Below, one piece after another: positions 23,978-37,032 of a DNA stretch of 64,000 nucleotides. A program made the position numbers and the translations under genes. The notes beneath the pieces were generated by a model. It was not told the DNA's origin. It worked only from the letters and a program-made list of their open reading frames with translations, and made no database searches. The DNA lies in NCBI RefSeq assembly GCF_039654945.1, contig NW_027361679.1:105958001-106022000 (forward strand), written 5' to 3'. The stretch is from Dendrobates tinctorius. Its lineage: Eukaryota. How positions within the stretch are numbered: position 1 is the stretch's first letter; each line of letters starts with the position of its first letter.

Positions 23978-24919
23978 GGCTGAGTTCACACGTGGCTTTT
24001 TTTCGCGTTTCCGCGGCGGTTTTAACTGCGTGATTTTGCCAGGAAAACGCGAAAAATAAGCATCCCATGCATTCCTATGGGATTCCGCAATGCTGTGCTA
24101 ATGCTGCGGTTTTTACCGCGGCGGAATCGCTTTGTGGTAAAAACCGCAGCATGCTCATTAATTTGCGGAATCGCGGCGATCCCGCACCCATAGGAATGCA
24201 TTGTTCCACTTACTTCCCGCATGTGGCTGTGCACACCATGCGGAAAGTAAGAAGAACAATTGCGGATGGTACCCACGGTCCGGAGGAGAGGAGACTGTCC
24301 TCCAGGCTTTGGGTACCATATCCCTGTAAAAAATAGAATTTAAAATAAAAAATATTGTTATTCTTACCTTCCGGCGTCCCGCGCAGCATTCCCGCCTCTC
24401 TCCACGCTCCCGGTCCCAGTAAGCCTTTGCGAAAATGCCCGCGATGGCGTCCGTTCTCGCGGGATCGCGAAGTCTGGCGGTCATTCGCGCGACGTCATCG
24501 CGAATTACCATGAGACATCGCGATCCCGCGAGAACGGACGTCATCGCGGGCATTTTCGCAAAGGATTACTGGGAACGGATGCGCGGGATGTCGGAAGGTA
24601 AGAATAACACCATTTTTTATTTTTTTTTACATTCTATCTTTTACTACTGATGCCGCATAGGCGGCCTCAGTAGAAAAAAGTTGGTCACACTTGTCAAACA
24701 CTGTGTTTGACGAGTGTGACCAACCTGTCAATCAGGTCTCCAAGCGATGCTACAGATCGCTTGGAAAACGCTAGCATTTTGCAAGCTAAATACGCTTGCA
24801 AAATGCTAGTTTTTCCGCGGGAAAATCGCGGGAATTTAAAATGCGATTTTCCTGCGGAATGGAATTCTGGAATTCTCGCAGTAATTTCCGCGAGAGTTCC
24901 GTTACGTGTGCACTTAGCC
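23978..24919. mobile_element. Harbinger-type MITE nested in the left arm of the T2 MITE
   Basis: GGCTGAGTTCACACGT...ACGTGTGCACTTAGCC with TAA TSD. The empty site is visible in the opposite arm. Internal palindrome about 24340-24620. Confidence 0.88.
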
Positions 24920-25382
24920 TAAGTAATTTACTTTCTGTCACTAGTTTGCATGGTTTTCTAGATATTCTGAACAGAACATCCAAGGGGGGTGTGTTATGGC
25001 ATTGAAATGAGAACTAGTCGTAACCTCCTACTCTACTCCAAACATGCCCTCTATAGCAACAACCCCACCCTCCATAGCTCCAGGCCCTCCCCGTCCACAT
25101 GAAGAAGCCCTCCTCACACAGTAACGAATCCTCCCCCTCTATCAGCCTCACTACAGAGAGCAGCTGCTCCTCCCCCAGACACACACAGTTATCTATATCT
25201 ATGGAAAGTGAAACCAGTGACGAGGAGGGAAAATCGTCCTGTATTCTAATCTGCACAGGGGATTTCAGTCACTGATGTAATCTGTTGTGTGACAAAGCCT
25301 CTGCTGTGTGAATGAGACAGCTCTGTGTCACTGATGTCTTCACACAGCAGCAGATTTGGTGCAGTGTATGTGTGAGCACTGT

Positions 25383-26101
25383 TGTCACGCTTACCGCCTC
25401 TCTCGGCCCCGCCGGCTCCACGCTCTCCACCCCCACCTCACGCGCGGCTCCTGCTGTCGCCTCCCTGTCGGGCTCAGCGTCGCCCGTGGCCTCCGGGAGC
25501 GCCCGCCACCTTCGGCACGCCCCTGCAGCGGGCGCGCGCTCGCCTGCACTTCTGCCGTCGGGTCCGCGCTCTGTCCCGGTGGTCTACCCGCGGTGCATGC
25601 GTGCCTCGCACCCCTGCTCTCAGTACAGGCCAAGCCCATCCTTCTCTCCGCCTCCCTGACCCTGCTGACCGGACCCGGAACTCAGGTCTCCATAAGAGGC
25701 AGCCTCTTCCTCGGAATCACTGCCTGATCGTCACTTGTGACTCTCTGTGACTCCGGCTCCCTGTCTGCCTGTCATTTCCTGTGCTCCTTGCTTTATCTGG
25801 TCCTTGTGTTTCCCCAGCTCCCGCCATCTCGTGTCCCCTTCCAGCCTGTGTCTCCGTCTGACCCGTGTCTCACCGTTCCTGAGTTCCAGTCCTACCGGTT
25901 CCGGTCCAGCGCCTTCATCTGCCTGCCTGCCAGTTCTCTTGTCGTGCCTCCGGCCCTCTCGGGTACCAGCTGCCGTGGTGAGTAGTTTCCCCTGGGCCTG
26001 TCCCTAACGCTCCCTGTATAGGGGGTGGTCCACCTGGCCCGCTCGCCCAGGGGAGGTTCGCTTGCCACGGTCCAGTGGGTTCTCCCTTGGGAACCATCAC
26101 A
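25383..26101. mobile_element. Solo LTR nested in the T2 MITE
   Basis: TGTCAC...CATCACA, TSD ACTGT at 25378-25382 and 26102-26106, CpG-rich. Confidence 0.85.
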
Positions 26102-27090
26102 ACTGTGTCTCTAATGACACAAATACTGATGGGAGCAGCCTGTCCAATCAGCAGCTGTAACAGTGTGAAGTGTTGGGGGGTGTATGTATGTATTGTGCTG
26201 CTTTCACAAATACAGGATCACTGCTGTGTTCTTTCAAATGCTGGAATGATGATAAAGATGAGTGCTGGTGCAGTTTACTGCCAGCCAATGAGTGGGCAGT
26301 GGGTGGTGCTGGTCACTGGAGCTTGCTGGGAGTTTGGTGGAGCTTCGCACCTACACTGCACCAACTCTCATTCACACAGCAGAGGTTTTGTCACAGAACA
26401 GATTACATCAGTGACTGCCATCCCCTATGCAGATTATAATACAGGACAATTTTCCCTCCTCACTAGTTTCACTTTCCAAAGATCACTGTTCAGCGTGTGT
26501 CTGGGGGAGGAGCAGCTGGGTGGTCTGCTCTCTGCAGTGAGGCTGCTAGAGGGGGAGGATTTGTTACTGTGTGATGAGGGCTTCTTCATGTGGATGGGGA
26601 GGGCCTGTAGCTATGGAGGGTGGGGTTGTTGCTATAGAGGGAATGTTTGGAGTAGAGTAGGAGGTTACGACTAGTTCTCATTTCAATACCATAACACCCC
26701 CCCCCCTTGGACGTTCTGTTCAGAATATCTAGAAAACCGTGCAAACTAGTGACAGAAAGTAAATTACTTATTGTCATAATTCTGCAGCCCAGATATGTAC
26801 TGAGATTATGTGAAAAGCCCGGACAACCCCTTTAACACTGGTGAAAAAGCTTTCAAATTGGTGCTTCAACTCTTCTGTGATTAAATAAAATTATTTGCTT
26901 ACAATATTTACCTGAGGGCCAAGTTTTCTACAAGACAAATTCAACTAGACCGTAACCAAATATTACCAACATATACAGTAGTGATAATACCACTACCCTA
27001 ATTATTAATCCGAACCAGTGTGGTATGACTAACATTACTACCATACAGCGACCATTCAATGGTCTGTTCCACACCGGTGCTCTGCAGAGG

Positions 27091-27312
27091 GCATAGTGAA
27101 GAAACAGATGGGGCACTCACTACTTAGCATTTAATTCTTTATTTGCGGATCCTCATGGAAAACATTGCTTACTGTTCAGAAGAAGAGTGGTCGCTACACG
27201 AAATAGCTGTAAGCTAAGCTTGTCTCGTCAATCTGTTTTCCATGAAGAATCACAAATGAAGCACTACATGTTGCGCTAAGTGATGAGTCCCCCATCTGTT
27301 ACTTTGCTATGC
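27091..27312 (+). mobile_element. Old Penelope-like fold-back tail with a degenerate hammerhead
   Basis: Imperfect inverted arms about 27091-27164 and 27234-27312. The loop contains CAGAAGA-AGAGTGG-tcg-CTACAC-GAAA-TAGCTGTAA. Confidence 0.5.
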
Positions 27313-27733
27313 GTAAGTGAACTTTTTCTATGGTAAGCACCACTGAGGCTGTCTTATACAGCTTATCTATTTGGTGTATTTATACACATATCGATTAACT
27401 ACTGCATCCATATGGGTATACTCTACTGGTTTTTACCAATGGCTGATTGTAGTGATTTATTTTCCCTTTTCCATTTGGCCCAGACCACCATGACCACTTC
27501 TTCCATCCATAACACATCCTTACAAAATGCATCACAGATACATCTTTGACTTACAGCTTCACATGCACAATCTTCACATTCATACATCTCTAGACAAGCC
27601 ATGTAGTGCTATAACCAGGCTCCGCCCACAGGAGAGCAGGAGAATCCTCTGGTAGGCCCCTATGAAGGAGTAAAAATGAGTAGTGCTATTATATTGCAGG
27701 AAAAGATATAATCTAATCATTTGTTAAACAAGC

Positions 27734-28281
27734 TGTAAAACTGCTAAGATGTTGTAGTGTGCAACCTCCACCAGGAGGTGCTGGTGGGGGAAAAAGGTTG
27801 CACTAACAGTGGAGCACCACAACGCCACAACACAGGTGCCATTAGGTGGCAGATGAGAAGTCAGACAGATCGGGTCAGTAAGCGATAGGAAACTAAGTAC
27901 CAGAGGACACAGCAATACACGTGGTCAGAAATGTCAGAGCCGATTGGGAGCAGGAAGGCCAGAGACAGAAGACAGACAAACAGGTCAGAGGGCAAGCCGG
28001 GTCAAATACCAAGGGGTCACAATACAGAGAGCAAGCACTAAGACGAGCGTAGTCACAGGGGAGCGCAGGAACAGGACCTAGGAAAACGGGCAGAGGACAA
28101 ATCAGGGTATAACGGGGTCAGCCGCTCAAGCCCGAGGCAGGAACTATAACTGACGCTGCCTGCAGGTAGCAGTGGACTGAGCTAGCCAAAAAGATCCCAA
28201 AATGAGGCAGGGAGAGTTAACCTCCGCATGACCAGACACAGAGAAGATAACCAGAAACAAACCCCAACCTGGATCATGACA
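27734..28281. mobile_element. Solo LTR (same GGATCATGACA terminus as E0)
   Basis: TG...CA ends, TSD CAAGC at 27729-27733 and 28282-28286. Confidence 0.72.
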
Positions 28282-28659
28282 CAAGCTAGTCAAATTAATA
28301 TTACATATAAGCAAAAGTAAATAGTAAATTTGTGTACTAAGGTCATGTTAATTTTTGCATGTAGCTGAACAGTGGGCCCCAAGAATTAATAGAAATCACA
28401 GGCCTCCATAGCAAAAGTCCTATCACGGCACATAGGAGCGGTCACAGTAGGACACACAGGCAGACATACCGCCGATGCAGCTTCACAGGGTCCCAGAAGG
28501 AGAGGGGGCCTGATCAGCTGCGGAAATGTCTCATAGAGCCATCAGAAGGAAGGGGGCCCATACCTGAGTCTTTTGCCGTCAGATAGGTAGGGGCATTCAC
28601 TCTGCAGAAAATGTTAGAAGGGGCCTCCTTCCTCTCCTTCTAGTTGACACTACCGCTGG

Positions 28660-31270
28660 CTCTATGATGCAGGAATCCAGTGTTCATGGACACTCCCCTG
28701 GCTTCTCAGCGTCATTCAGGCACAGGCAGGATGACAGGCCTGGTAAGTATGGCTGACGATCTATACCAATTCTGCCTCCTCCCTGCCTCTGGCAGAGGAG
28801 AGGTGAAGGATGCAGGTGGAGACCTAAGCAGAGGTGGAGGTGCCAGAATCAGTGGAGAGGAGGAAGTGTTAGAAACAGAGGTTTATTCCGCAAGCCTTGG
28901 GGATTCCGAGACTTGTGGTGGAGCCCCTTGATTGCCTGTCCCCACAGATACTGGAGTCACCCATTGCCCAGTCAGCGAGATGTAATTCCCCTGCCCGTGT
29001 TTGCTTGTCCAGGTGATAGTGGTCAAATGCACCCTGGAAAATATAGACTTTTTCAGGGAACGCGTGATGTTGTCAGCGACATGCTGGTGCAGCGCAGGCA
29101 CAGCTTTCTGACAAGTAATGGCGACAGGGCAACTGGTACTGGGGGACTGTGATGGCCATCAACTTTCGGAAACCATCTGTATCCACCAGATGGAAAGGCA
29201 GTATTTCCGTGGCTAACAGATTCTAGATGCTAGAGTTCAAGCTCTTAGCTTCGGCATGTGTAGGAGGAAAAATTATTTTACGTGCCCACAACTGTGGGAT
29301 TGAGGGCTGGCTGCTGTGCTGAGAGGGTGGAGTAGGGTGAACAGGGCAAACTGCTGGACTGTGAGTGAGGTGCAGGGGGAATTTTTTATTTTTTTGGATT
29401 GAGAAAGATGTGGTGTGCTCAGTGAAACAAAAGCAGCAGTCTTGTCCACTTCCATAACAGAAGACAGACTCTCACTAACCTCGACTGTAGGGGATAAATA
29501 AGTGGAGATTCTGCAGATGGAGACCTGTGTGAGAACATTTGGCACTGTGATGGAGGAGTGAGAAGCTGCACATGGGGTTGATGGGACAACCAGTGGCTGG
29601 AGAGGCCAAAGACAAAGGCATGTTGATCGTGCATGTGCCAGTTCATGCATGTAGTAATCAAATTATTGCAGATTTTACCTCTATTGTGTAGTTTTTTACA
29701 AAGTTGACAGATAACGTTGTAGACTCATGACTGGTGCTAGCCACAGTTGTGGTGGAGAATGCCATGCTTGTTGTGGTTGAATCACTGCATGTCTGTGTGG
29801 CAAGCCGCAACATAACCTCATCGTCTTTCTTCACCTCCTCTGCTAAGCTACTCAGCTGCGTTCCTCTGGGTTCACATCAAGTGGGATCTAAACCTCCTCA
29901 TCATCCTCTCTGTTCTCCCACTCCTCGCCCTGAAAGTCACCCTCCGCCTCTATTCCTGCCCTGACAGCACAGTACAACCCGCGTGCGCCCCTGGTATCTG
30001 AGTGTCATTGGTATCGCCTCCCCTCCGGTGGTTAACGTCTGGTGAAGAGGGTCTGGATTGTGCTTTGACCCTACTTTGTCCTGCCCTGGATCCAACAGGA
30101 AAAAATGTTGGACATCTGTGCAGATGCTTTCCACCTCTGGATCCTGTGAATCTTTGGAACAGGCCTTTGATGCCCATGGAATGTGTGAACAGCTCTGCAG
30201 AGTGGCCCATCTGTGGTTTCTCACAGTCAGTTGAGCAGTTGGAAATTTGTGACGTGGGGGAAACAAGGGTGATTGGGGTGACATCTCTGAGGATTGTACT
30301 GTGTGATTTTAAGGTGGAGGAAGAAGAGGAGAGGCCACTTGAGGCAGTGCTTGCCATCCACTGGAGCACATGCTTTTTCTGGCCCTCATCCACAAGGCAT
30401 ACCACTGCGCAGCTACCAAAGAAAGGGAGTCGAGTAGCCCATCCAGAAGCAGATGTTGTCAGTTGTCTTTGGATAGGACGACACAGTGTTTGTTCAGTTG
30501 AACTTTAAGTAACATTAACACCTAATCCACGAACACGTCGAACACCAAGCCTATTCCTCTTTCCACCACAACCTTGCTTTTTCCCACTCATGTTGTATGT
30601 ACCCTTCCCCTCTTTTAATCAGATGTTTCACAATCTTAGGTCCAGACCTGTCAGTTACTTGTCACTAAATGAACAATCAGTATTTATTTTCTCAGATAGT
30701 GTGCCTGAACAACACTTATAGCCCTAACAATTTTGATTAGCAAATGGGGCCTACTGGCTGAACCCCAATAATAGGCCTAATGATTTTGACTATCAAATGG
30801 GGCCTCCTGATTCCTGACTCCAACAATTTTAGCCCAAATGATTTGGATTAGCAAATGGGGCCTCGTGGCTACACCCCAATATTAGACCCAACGATTTTGA
30901 TTAGCAAATGGGGCCCCTTGATTCCTGACTGCAACACAGTTTTAGCCCAAATGATTTGGATTAGCAAATGGGGCTGCCGGAATGTACACACAATCAGTTA
31001 TCAAAACAAAAATTACACTCCGCCGCTCCTCTGACCTATACACACCACCTCCCCTCATAAAACATGTCTCCCCTGCTCATCATACAACAACACTATCCTA
31101 GAAAAACTAAAATGACAGCATTAGTGGAATTACGATAATTTACCAATCTTTGACCGAATTTTGCCAACTGAGGAAAAATGCTCAGGAAACCAAACACGAA
31201 TCCGAATGTGCTATGTTTGTGCCGAATCTAAGATTGGAGAACATTTTTCAAACAAGTTCGCTCATCTCTA
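28660..31270 (-). mobile_element. hAT (Ac-like) DNA transposon relic with a transposase pseudogene
   Basis: TIR TAGAGATGAGCGAAC ending at 31270. BED-finger remnant CQLCKK...MNWHMHDQH near 29620-29715. Catalytic-region motif VHLTTITWTSKHGQGNYISLTGQWV near 28950-29040. Truncated at the 3' end. Confidence 0.82.
30720..30975. repeat. Five tandem subterminal repeats (about 52 and 58 bp, alternating) of the hAT element
   Basis: Core GATTAGCAAATGGGGC repeated five times with two alternating spacer types. Confidence 0.85.
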
Positions 31271-31908
31271 GTTGTGAAACTTAACTCATGCGAAAATTGG
31301 TCAGGGAGTTTATCACATCAAACCCCTCTTGCACCCCGTTAGTTACATTACATTAGCTACTTTATTGGAAAACTGCTGCACTGTCACATTCAGAAACAGT
31401 GCAGTCATTCCTCATTAAAGAACCCTCAGTACAGGGTTTGGTAAGTGGCTACAGGTGGGGAAGGGAGGTTGATGTGATGACTGATGTTAATGTGAGGGAG
31501 CACCAGGGCCGTAGTCATAGCTGAGGCTAATGGCTCTTGCGCACCCTGGTCTCCCATCACATATAAAGAATGTCCTTTAATCAGTGTACTTGCCCCTCTC
31601 TGCTCTCTGCACCTTCAGGGTCTCCTCTGAGCTGCTGCAGCGCTCTTCCATACAATTGTACACAAACAGAGACACAGTCCAGTTGCAACTTAAAATGCAG
31701 AACTTTACTTTTTCCTTGTCGCAGCACATCCTTGTCAGACGCAACATCAGCATAGGATTCCATACAGTCCACATTCTCCGCTTTCCCTGAACTTCTCCTA
31801 CGGCCTTCAGTACGTGCCTGGGTCGTACCGCCTCTTGCGGTAATGCAGCATCCTCCCTGTTCAGACTTTCTATGCTTAGGAGTTCCCACGTCCGTTTCGC
31901 CCCAGGTA

Positions 31909-32217
31909 GGCTAGTTTCACACTAGCTTATTTTCCACGCAGCGCTCGGCGCCGCTAAGCCCCGCCCCCTGCCGGCTCCCTGCCAGCCCCATCCGGTCATC
32001 GCCGCCTACTATCGCACACGGCTGCATGTGATCTGCGCACCCTATCTTCTAGCGCACGGTCTGCGCACCCTATGCTAAAGATAGGGTGCTCAGATCGCAT
32101 GCAGCCGTGTGCGATAGTAGGTGGCGATGATCGGATGGGGCGGGCAGGGAGCCGGCAGGGGGCGGGGCTTAGCGGCGCCGAGCGCTGCGTGGAAAATAAG
32201 CTAGTGTGAAACTAGCC
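31909..32217. mobile_element. Harbinger-type MITE, near-perfect 309-bp palindrome
   Basis: Same TIR as 14039-14438 (GGCTAGTTTCACACTAGC). Flanks GTA/ATA. Confidence 0.88.
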
Positions 32218-32492
32218 ATACAGCATCAGCTCATGCAGTAAACTGCCACATTATAGAGTCACCTGCATCCCCGTACTGGTTTGGCCTCAGCTGTAGTCTC
32301 TATTCCACCACTGCTGTCACACTGCTGCTCAGGCTGTACTTCTGGCCCACTGGGCCCTGGATGGCTGGGTTCCTGGCTTTGTATGTTACGGAGCTACCGG
32401 GTAGCTCGGGCACTAAACTCCACCCGAGCTCTCCTCTCCCCCATAACAACATTATATATCCCTATGCACATAGCAGAACATATATATATATA

Positions 32493-32536
<44 letters not shown>

Positions 32537-32537
<1 letters not shown>

Positions 32538-32707
32538 CAAATTAATCGGGACAAAGCATTTTTTTAAGTAAAATCGTAAGTTGGTTACCAGTCAGTGATT
32601 CAAACCAGTTTTAACTGCTTTGAACAGGAGTGAGTGCCTGTTGAATCACTGACTGGTAACCAACTTACAATTTTACTTAAAAAAATGCTTTGTCCCAATT
32701 AATTTGC
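32537..32707. mobile_element. Short fold-back element between (TA)n microsatellites
   Basis: Inverted arms of about 67 bp: GCAAATTAATCGGGACAAAG...GATTCAA / TTGAATC...CAATTAATTTGC. (TA)n at 32480-32536 and 32720-32750. Confidence 0.75.
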
Positions 32708-32716
32708 ACAGCACTG

Positions 32717-32751
<35 letters not shown>

Positions 32752-32767
32752 TTTTTTTTTTACTCAT

Positions 32768-32900
32768 AGATTGTAAGCTTGCGAGCAGGGCCCTCATTCC
32801 TCTTGGTATTTGTTATAATCTATGTGATTATTGTTATGCTGTAAGGTCTATTGTCTGTACAAATCCCCTCCGAAATGTACAGTGCTATTATTATTATAAA
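32768..32900 (+). mobile_element. LINE (L2-like) or SINE 3' tail fragment
   Basis: TAGATTGTAAGCTTGCGAGCAGGGCC...TGTACAGTGCT followed by (ATT)n. A similar sequence lies in reverse orientation at about 60-212. Confidence 0.55.
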
Positions 32901-32902
32901 TA

Positions 32903-34318
32903 GGAATCAAATTTATTAACCAATGGAGGCCTGGATTTGGAGTCCCACACAAAATTAAAGTGGAATGTTGAGACTGTGTGGACCCCATCTGGAATGTAAT
33001 GTCCTTAAAACAAGTCAAAATGATGCTCAGTAATGTGTGTGGCCTCCACGTGCCTGTATGACCTCTCTACAACGTCTGGGCATGCTCCTAATGAGGCGGC
33101 AGATGGTGTCCTGAGGGATTGCCTCCCAGACCTGGACTAAAGCATCTGCCAAATCGTGGACAGTCTTTGGTGCAAAGTGACGTTGAATGGAGCGAGACAT
33201 GATGTCCAAGATGTGCTCAATCGGATTCAGGTTTGGGGAACGGGCCAGTCCATAGCTTCAACGCCTTCATCTTGCAGGAACTGCTGACACACTCCAGCCA
33301 CATGAGGTCTTGCATTGTCCTGCATTAGGAGGAACCCAGGGCCAATCGCACCAGCATATGGTCTCACAAGGGGTCTGAAGATCTCATCTCAGTACCTAAA
33401 GGCAGTCAGGCTACCTCTGGCGAGCACATGGAGGGCTGTGCGGCCCTCCAAAGAAATGCCACCCCAGACCATTACTGACCCACTGCCAAACGGGTCATGT
33501 TGAAGGATGTTGCAGGCAGCAGATCGCTCTCCACGGCGTCTCCAGACTCTGTCACATGTGCTCAGTGTGAACCTGGTTTCATCTCTGAAGAGAACAGGGT
33601 GCCAGTGGCGAATTTGCCAATCCTGGTGTTCTGTGGCAAATGTCAAGCATCCTGCACGGTGTTGGGCTGTGAGCACAACCCCCATCTGTGGACGTCGGGC
33701 ACTCAGACCATCCTCATGGAGTTGGTTTCTAACCGTTTGTGCAGACACATGCACATTTGTGGCCTGCTGGAGGTCATTGTGCAGAGCTCTGGCAGTGCTA
33801 CTCCTTTTCCTCCTTGCACAAAGGCTGAGGTAGCGGTCCTGCTGCTGAGTTATTGCCCTCCTACGGCCCCCTCCAAATCTCTTGGTGTTCTAGCCTGTCT
33901 CTTGGTAGCGCCTCCAGCCTCTGAACACTACGCTGACAGACACAGCAAACCTTCTTGACACAGCTTGCATTGATGTGCCATCCTGGATGAGCTGCACTAC
34001 CTGAGCCACTTGTGTGGGTTGTAGAGTCCGTCTCATGCTACCACGAGTGTGAAAGCACAACCAACATTCAAAAGTGACCAAAACATCAGCCAGAAAGCAT
34101 TGGTACTGAGATGTGGTCTGTGGTCCCCACCTGCAGAGCCACTCATTTATTGAGGTTGGCTTGATAATTTTGCCAATAATTTCCATCTGTTGTCTATTCC
34201 ATTTGCACAACAGCATGTGAAATTGATTGTCAATCAGTGTTGCTTCCTAAGTGGACAGTTTGATTTACTTGGAGATATATTCTGTTGTTTAAGTGTTCCC
34301 TTTATTTTTTGAGTAGTG
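32903..34318 (-). mobile_element. Tc1-like transposon with a transposase pseudogene (about 34036-33027). One end is truncated
   Basis: End TA-CACTACTCAAAAAATAAAGGGAACAC. Peptides [40 protein letters not shown](I), LIRSMPRRC..ARGGHTHY. Frameshifted. Confidence 0.92.
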
Positions 34319-34427
34319 TATATACACACACCTGTGCAAAGTGTATATATGTATCTATTTGTACTGTGGTTTTCTGCGTATATATGTGTGTATATACACA
34401 CTGATAACCACAGTACAATATATAGAG

Positions 34428-34434
<7 letters not shown>

Positions 34435-34474
<40 letters not shown>
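34435..34474. repeat. (TA)n microsatellite (another at 43171-43214)
   Basis: Read directly from the sequence. Confidence 0.95.
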
Positions 34475-34477
<3 letters not shown>

Positions 34478-35008
34478 GTGTACTAATATCTGAGCCACTG
34501 TAGACAGTAGGTGTAAAGGTAAATATCACTTAACAGGGTTTCCTGGGAGTAGACAAATCGCCGGTGCAGCTGTGTTGGGCCCAGAGGTGGAATGAGGCCG
34601 GCTGACACCAGTGAATATTTCATCTCGATGTAACATTATTTTGACATAGTTTTGAAGGCTGAAGGAAGACCTTATGTCCATCTAGTTCAGCCTATTTTTA
34701 GTGCAGCTGAATCCTCTGATGCACATTCAGCTGAAAAATATTGCAGTGCAAGGAATCCGCCAGCTCCCTGCGCTGCAGTACACGCTGCAGGCCAATTTGC
34801 AGCCAGCAGCTGACATCGGCGTGCTTATGTCTGGGGGCATATGGCAGTGACTTCATGCATGATGGTGGGGACGCCTAAGTCAGCTGGTGGCTTCTGCGCT
34901 GGTTACAGAAGAGAATGCTGCCTGGCATGGGAGGGGAGAAAGGTGAGTAGAATCATTTTTTTCTCATGTGTTGCAGTGGAACAAGACAAATTCTGAGATG
35001 AAGGGGCA

Positions 35009-35901
35009 TGTCGCGCTATGCATGGCATTCCTGCATGGTGTAATCTTCCACCTCCGTGCAAGGATGCCGGTTTACTCACTGCCCCGGCCTGGTTCCCAGC
35101 ATACTCCTATACTCCTGCTTCCTCTGTGCACATTGCCCTGTGTCCCAGCGGCTTGCCTAGGGTAAGCATGGGCACGCTCCCCTGTTCTTAAAGGGGCAGT
35201 ACGAGCACATGGTAAATGCTCCCAGTAACAGCTGGGAGGCATTTAATTAAATGTATGTTCACTTGCAAGGTGTCTCCCTGCCAATAGCTGGAAGACATCT
35301 TGTATGAAAGACACCCTCCCCAATAGGGAGGTGCCTGAGCAACCCCTATAGTTTTGTGTTAGGTGGCTGGTTTGTACACAACTGTAAGTTGCCAGGTCCA
35401 CCATCTCTAGTCTGCTAATATAAAGTCTATAGTATCCAGTATCCTGTTAGTCCTCTGCTATTAGTCATTTCCTGTGACTGCTTCGGTGGTGTATGTATCC
35501 CAAAACCGTGTCTGCAGTAGCGGTACCCCATGGCAGCATCAGCGAAACCTGTCTGCCACCCTGGTGGCTCAGTTCCCAGGCCAGAACTCTGAACTTGTCC
35601 CTGTGGCCTTCCTGACTGCACAGTGAGAACCTGTCCCAGTAGCCGTCCTTTCGGCACAGTCTGAACTTGTCACAAGTAGTCATTCTGCCCTATCGACAAT
35701 CTGAAGTAACATATCTGCCCTTTGGGTTAAGCAGCTACTGCCAGACGCTGCCTGGGAGTAGCACCTGACAGTTTCATGCCACACAAGTCTGACCTCACCA
35801 CTAGAAGCTCCAGCGAACACCAAAGAAGCTGCTTAGGGACGCCTCCAGGGTAGCTGGCACAGTGGGTCCACAAATCACATGCGCCACCTTGAAGTGTGAC
35901 A
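35009..35901. mobile_element. Solo LTR inserted at the start of a minisatellite
   Basis: TGTCGC...GTGACA, flanks GGGCA/GAGCA (4 of 5 match). Confidence 0.68.
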
Positions 35902-36385
35902 GAGCATAAAATGGAGCACACTATCCAAGGAACGGGACCAGGTTGGGGCACATTATACCAGGAATGGGACCAGGATGGAGCACATTATCGAAGGAACGAG
36001 ACCAGGATGGGGCACATTACACCAGAAAGGGGCCCGGATGGGGCACGTTATTCCAGGAAGGGGACCAGGATGGTGCCCATTCTACCCCAGGAAGGAAACC
36101 AGGGTGGGGCACATTCTATCCCAGGACTAAAACCAGGATTGGGCACATTCTATCCCAGGAATGAAGCCAGGATGGGGCACATTCTATCTCAGGAATGAAA
36201 CCAAGCTGGGTCATGTTTTATCCCAGAAAGGAAATCAAGATGGGAGATGTTATTCTAAAAAGGCCGTGTTGGTAGACATTATCTATGTAAGAGGCTCAGG
36301 AAGAAGGACATTAGTACTGGAAAGGAGCCTAGGATGAGGGACATTATACCTGAAAGGGGCCAGGATGAGGAACATCATTATATGG
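35902..36385. repeat. Minisatellite with a 30-31 bp unit
   Basis: About 15 diverging copies of GGACCAGGATGGGGCACATTATACCAGGAA. Confidence 0.9.
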
Positions 36386-36579
36386 GGGGCAAACAATATG
36401 TGTTTATAGGATATAAAACGCTACAAGGGCACATACATCTGACCAACACGCAGGTGGGGGCTGAGATCCAAATTTTGCTAAGTAGCTGATTGCATACGCT
36501 CCCACCCCCTAATTCATTAAAAGATCCTGATAACGTCATAATTAATTAGGGGGTAGACGAAGATGTTATCAGGGGCTTA

Positions 36580-36986
36580 AGGCCCTTTTACATTTAGCGA
36601 TGCACCAGCGATCCAACCAGCGATCCGACACGGTCAGGATCGCTGGTGCATCGCTAAATGATCGCTAGTGAGCTTTCATACAGAAAGATCTCACAGCGAT
36701 GCAGCAGCGACGCAGCGCACGATACTTACCTTTCACACACAGCGATCCTGGCGTCCTCCCGCCCGCCTCCACGCGTCACTCGTCGTCACAGCAGGAAGTC
36801 TCAGCAGGAAGCAGACGACGAGAAATGGAGCTGGACATTCTCGCGCGATCAGCGACGGACAGCGGGGGAGCCGGTCGTTGGTAAGTATCACACATAGCGA
36901 TATCGCTAGCAATATCGCTATAACGTCACAAAACCAGTGACGTTTTAGCGATATTGCTAGCGATATTGCTTAGTGTAAAACCCCCT
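36580..36986. mobile_element. Harbinger-type MITE
   Basis: Imperfect TIR (TTTTACA..AGC / GCT..TGTAAAA), TTA TSD, internal AGCGAT repeats. Confidence 0.72.
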
Positions 36987-37032
36987 TTAGAATGAATCTG
37001 TGTTGGGGGATTGGACACAGGACAGTGACTAA

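Larger units (their letters stand above)
23914..26831. mobile_element. T2/Kolobok-type MITE with long inverted arms, carrying two nested insertions
   Basis: TTAA-AGGGGTTGTCCGGGCTTTTCAC...GTGAAAAGCCCGGACAACCCCT-TTAA. Arms 23914-23974 plus about 24923-25310 mirror about 26370-26831. Confidence 0.9.

Noticed and set aside
30720-30975. CRISPR-like constant repeat with spacers
   Set aside because: The spacers alternate between two related types rather than being unique. The array is subterminal in a hAT element, the DNA is eukaryotic, and there are no cas genes.
35896-36385. Repetitive ORFs or CRISPR-like array
   Set aside because: A plain 30-31 bp minisatellite without unique spacers. The ORFs are by-products.
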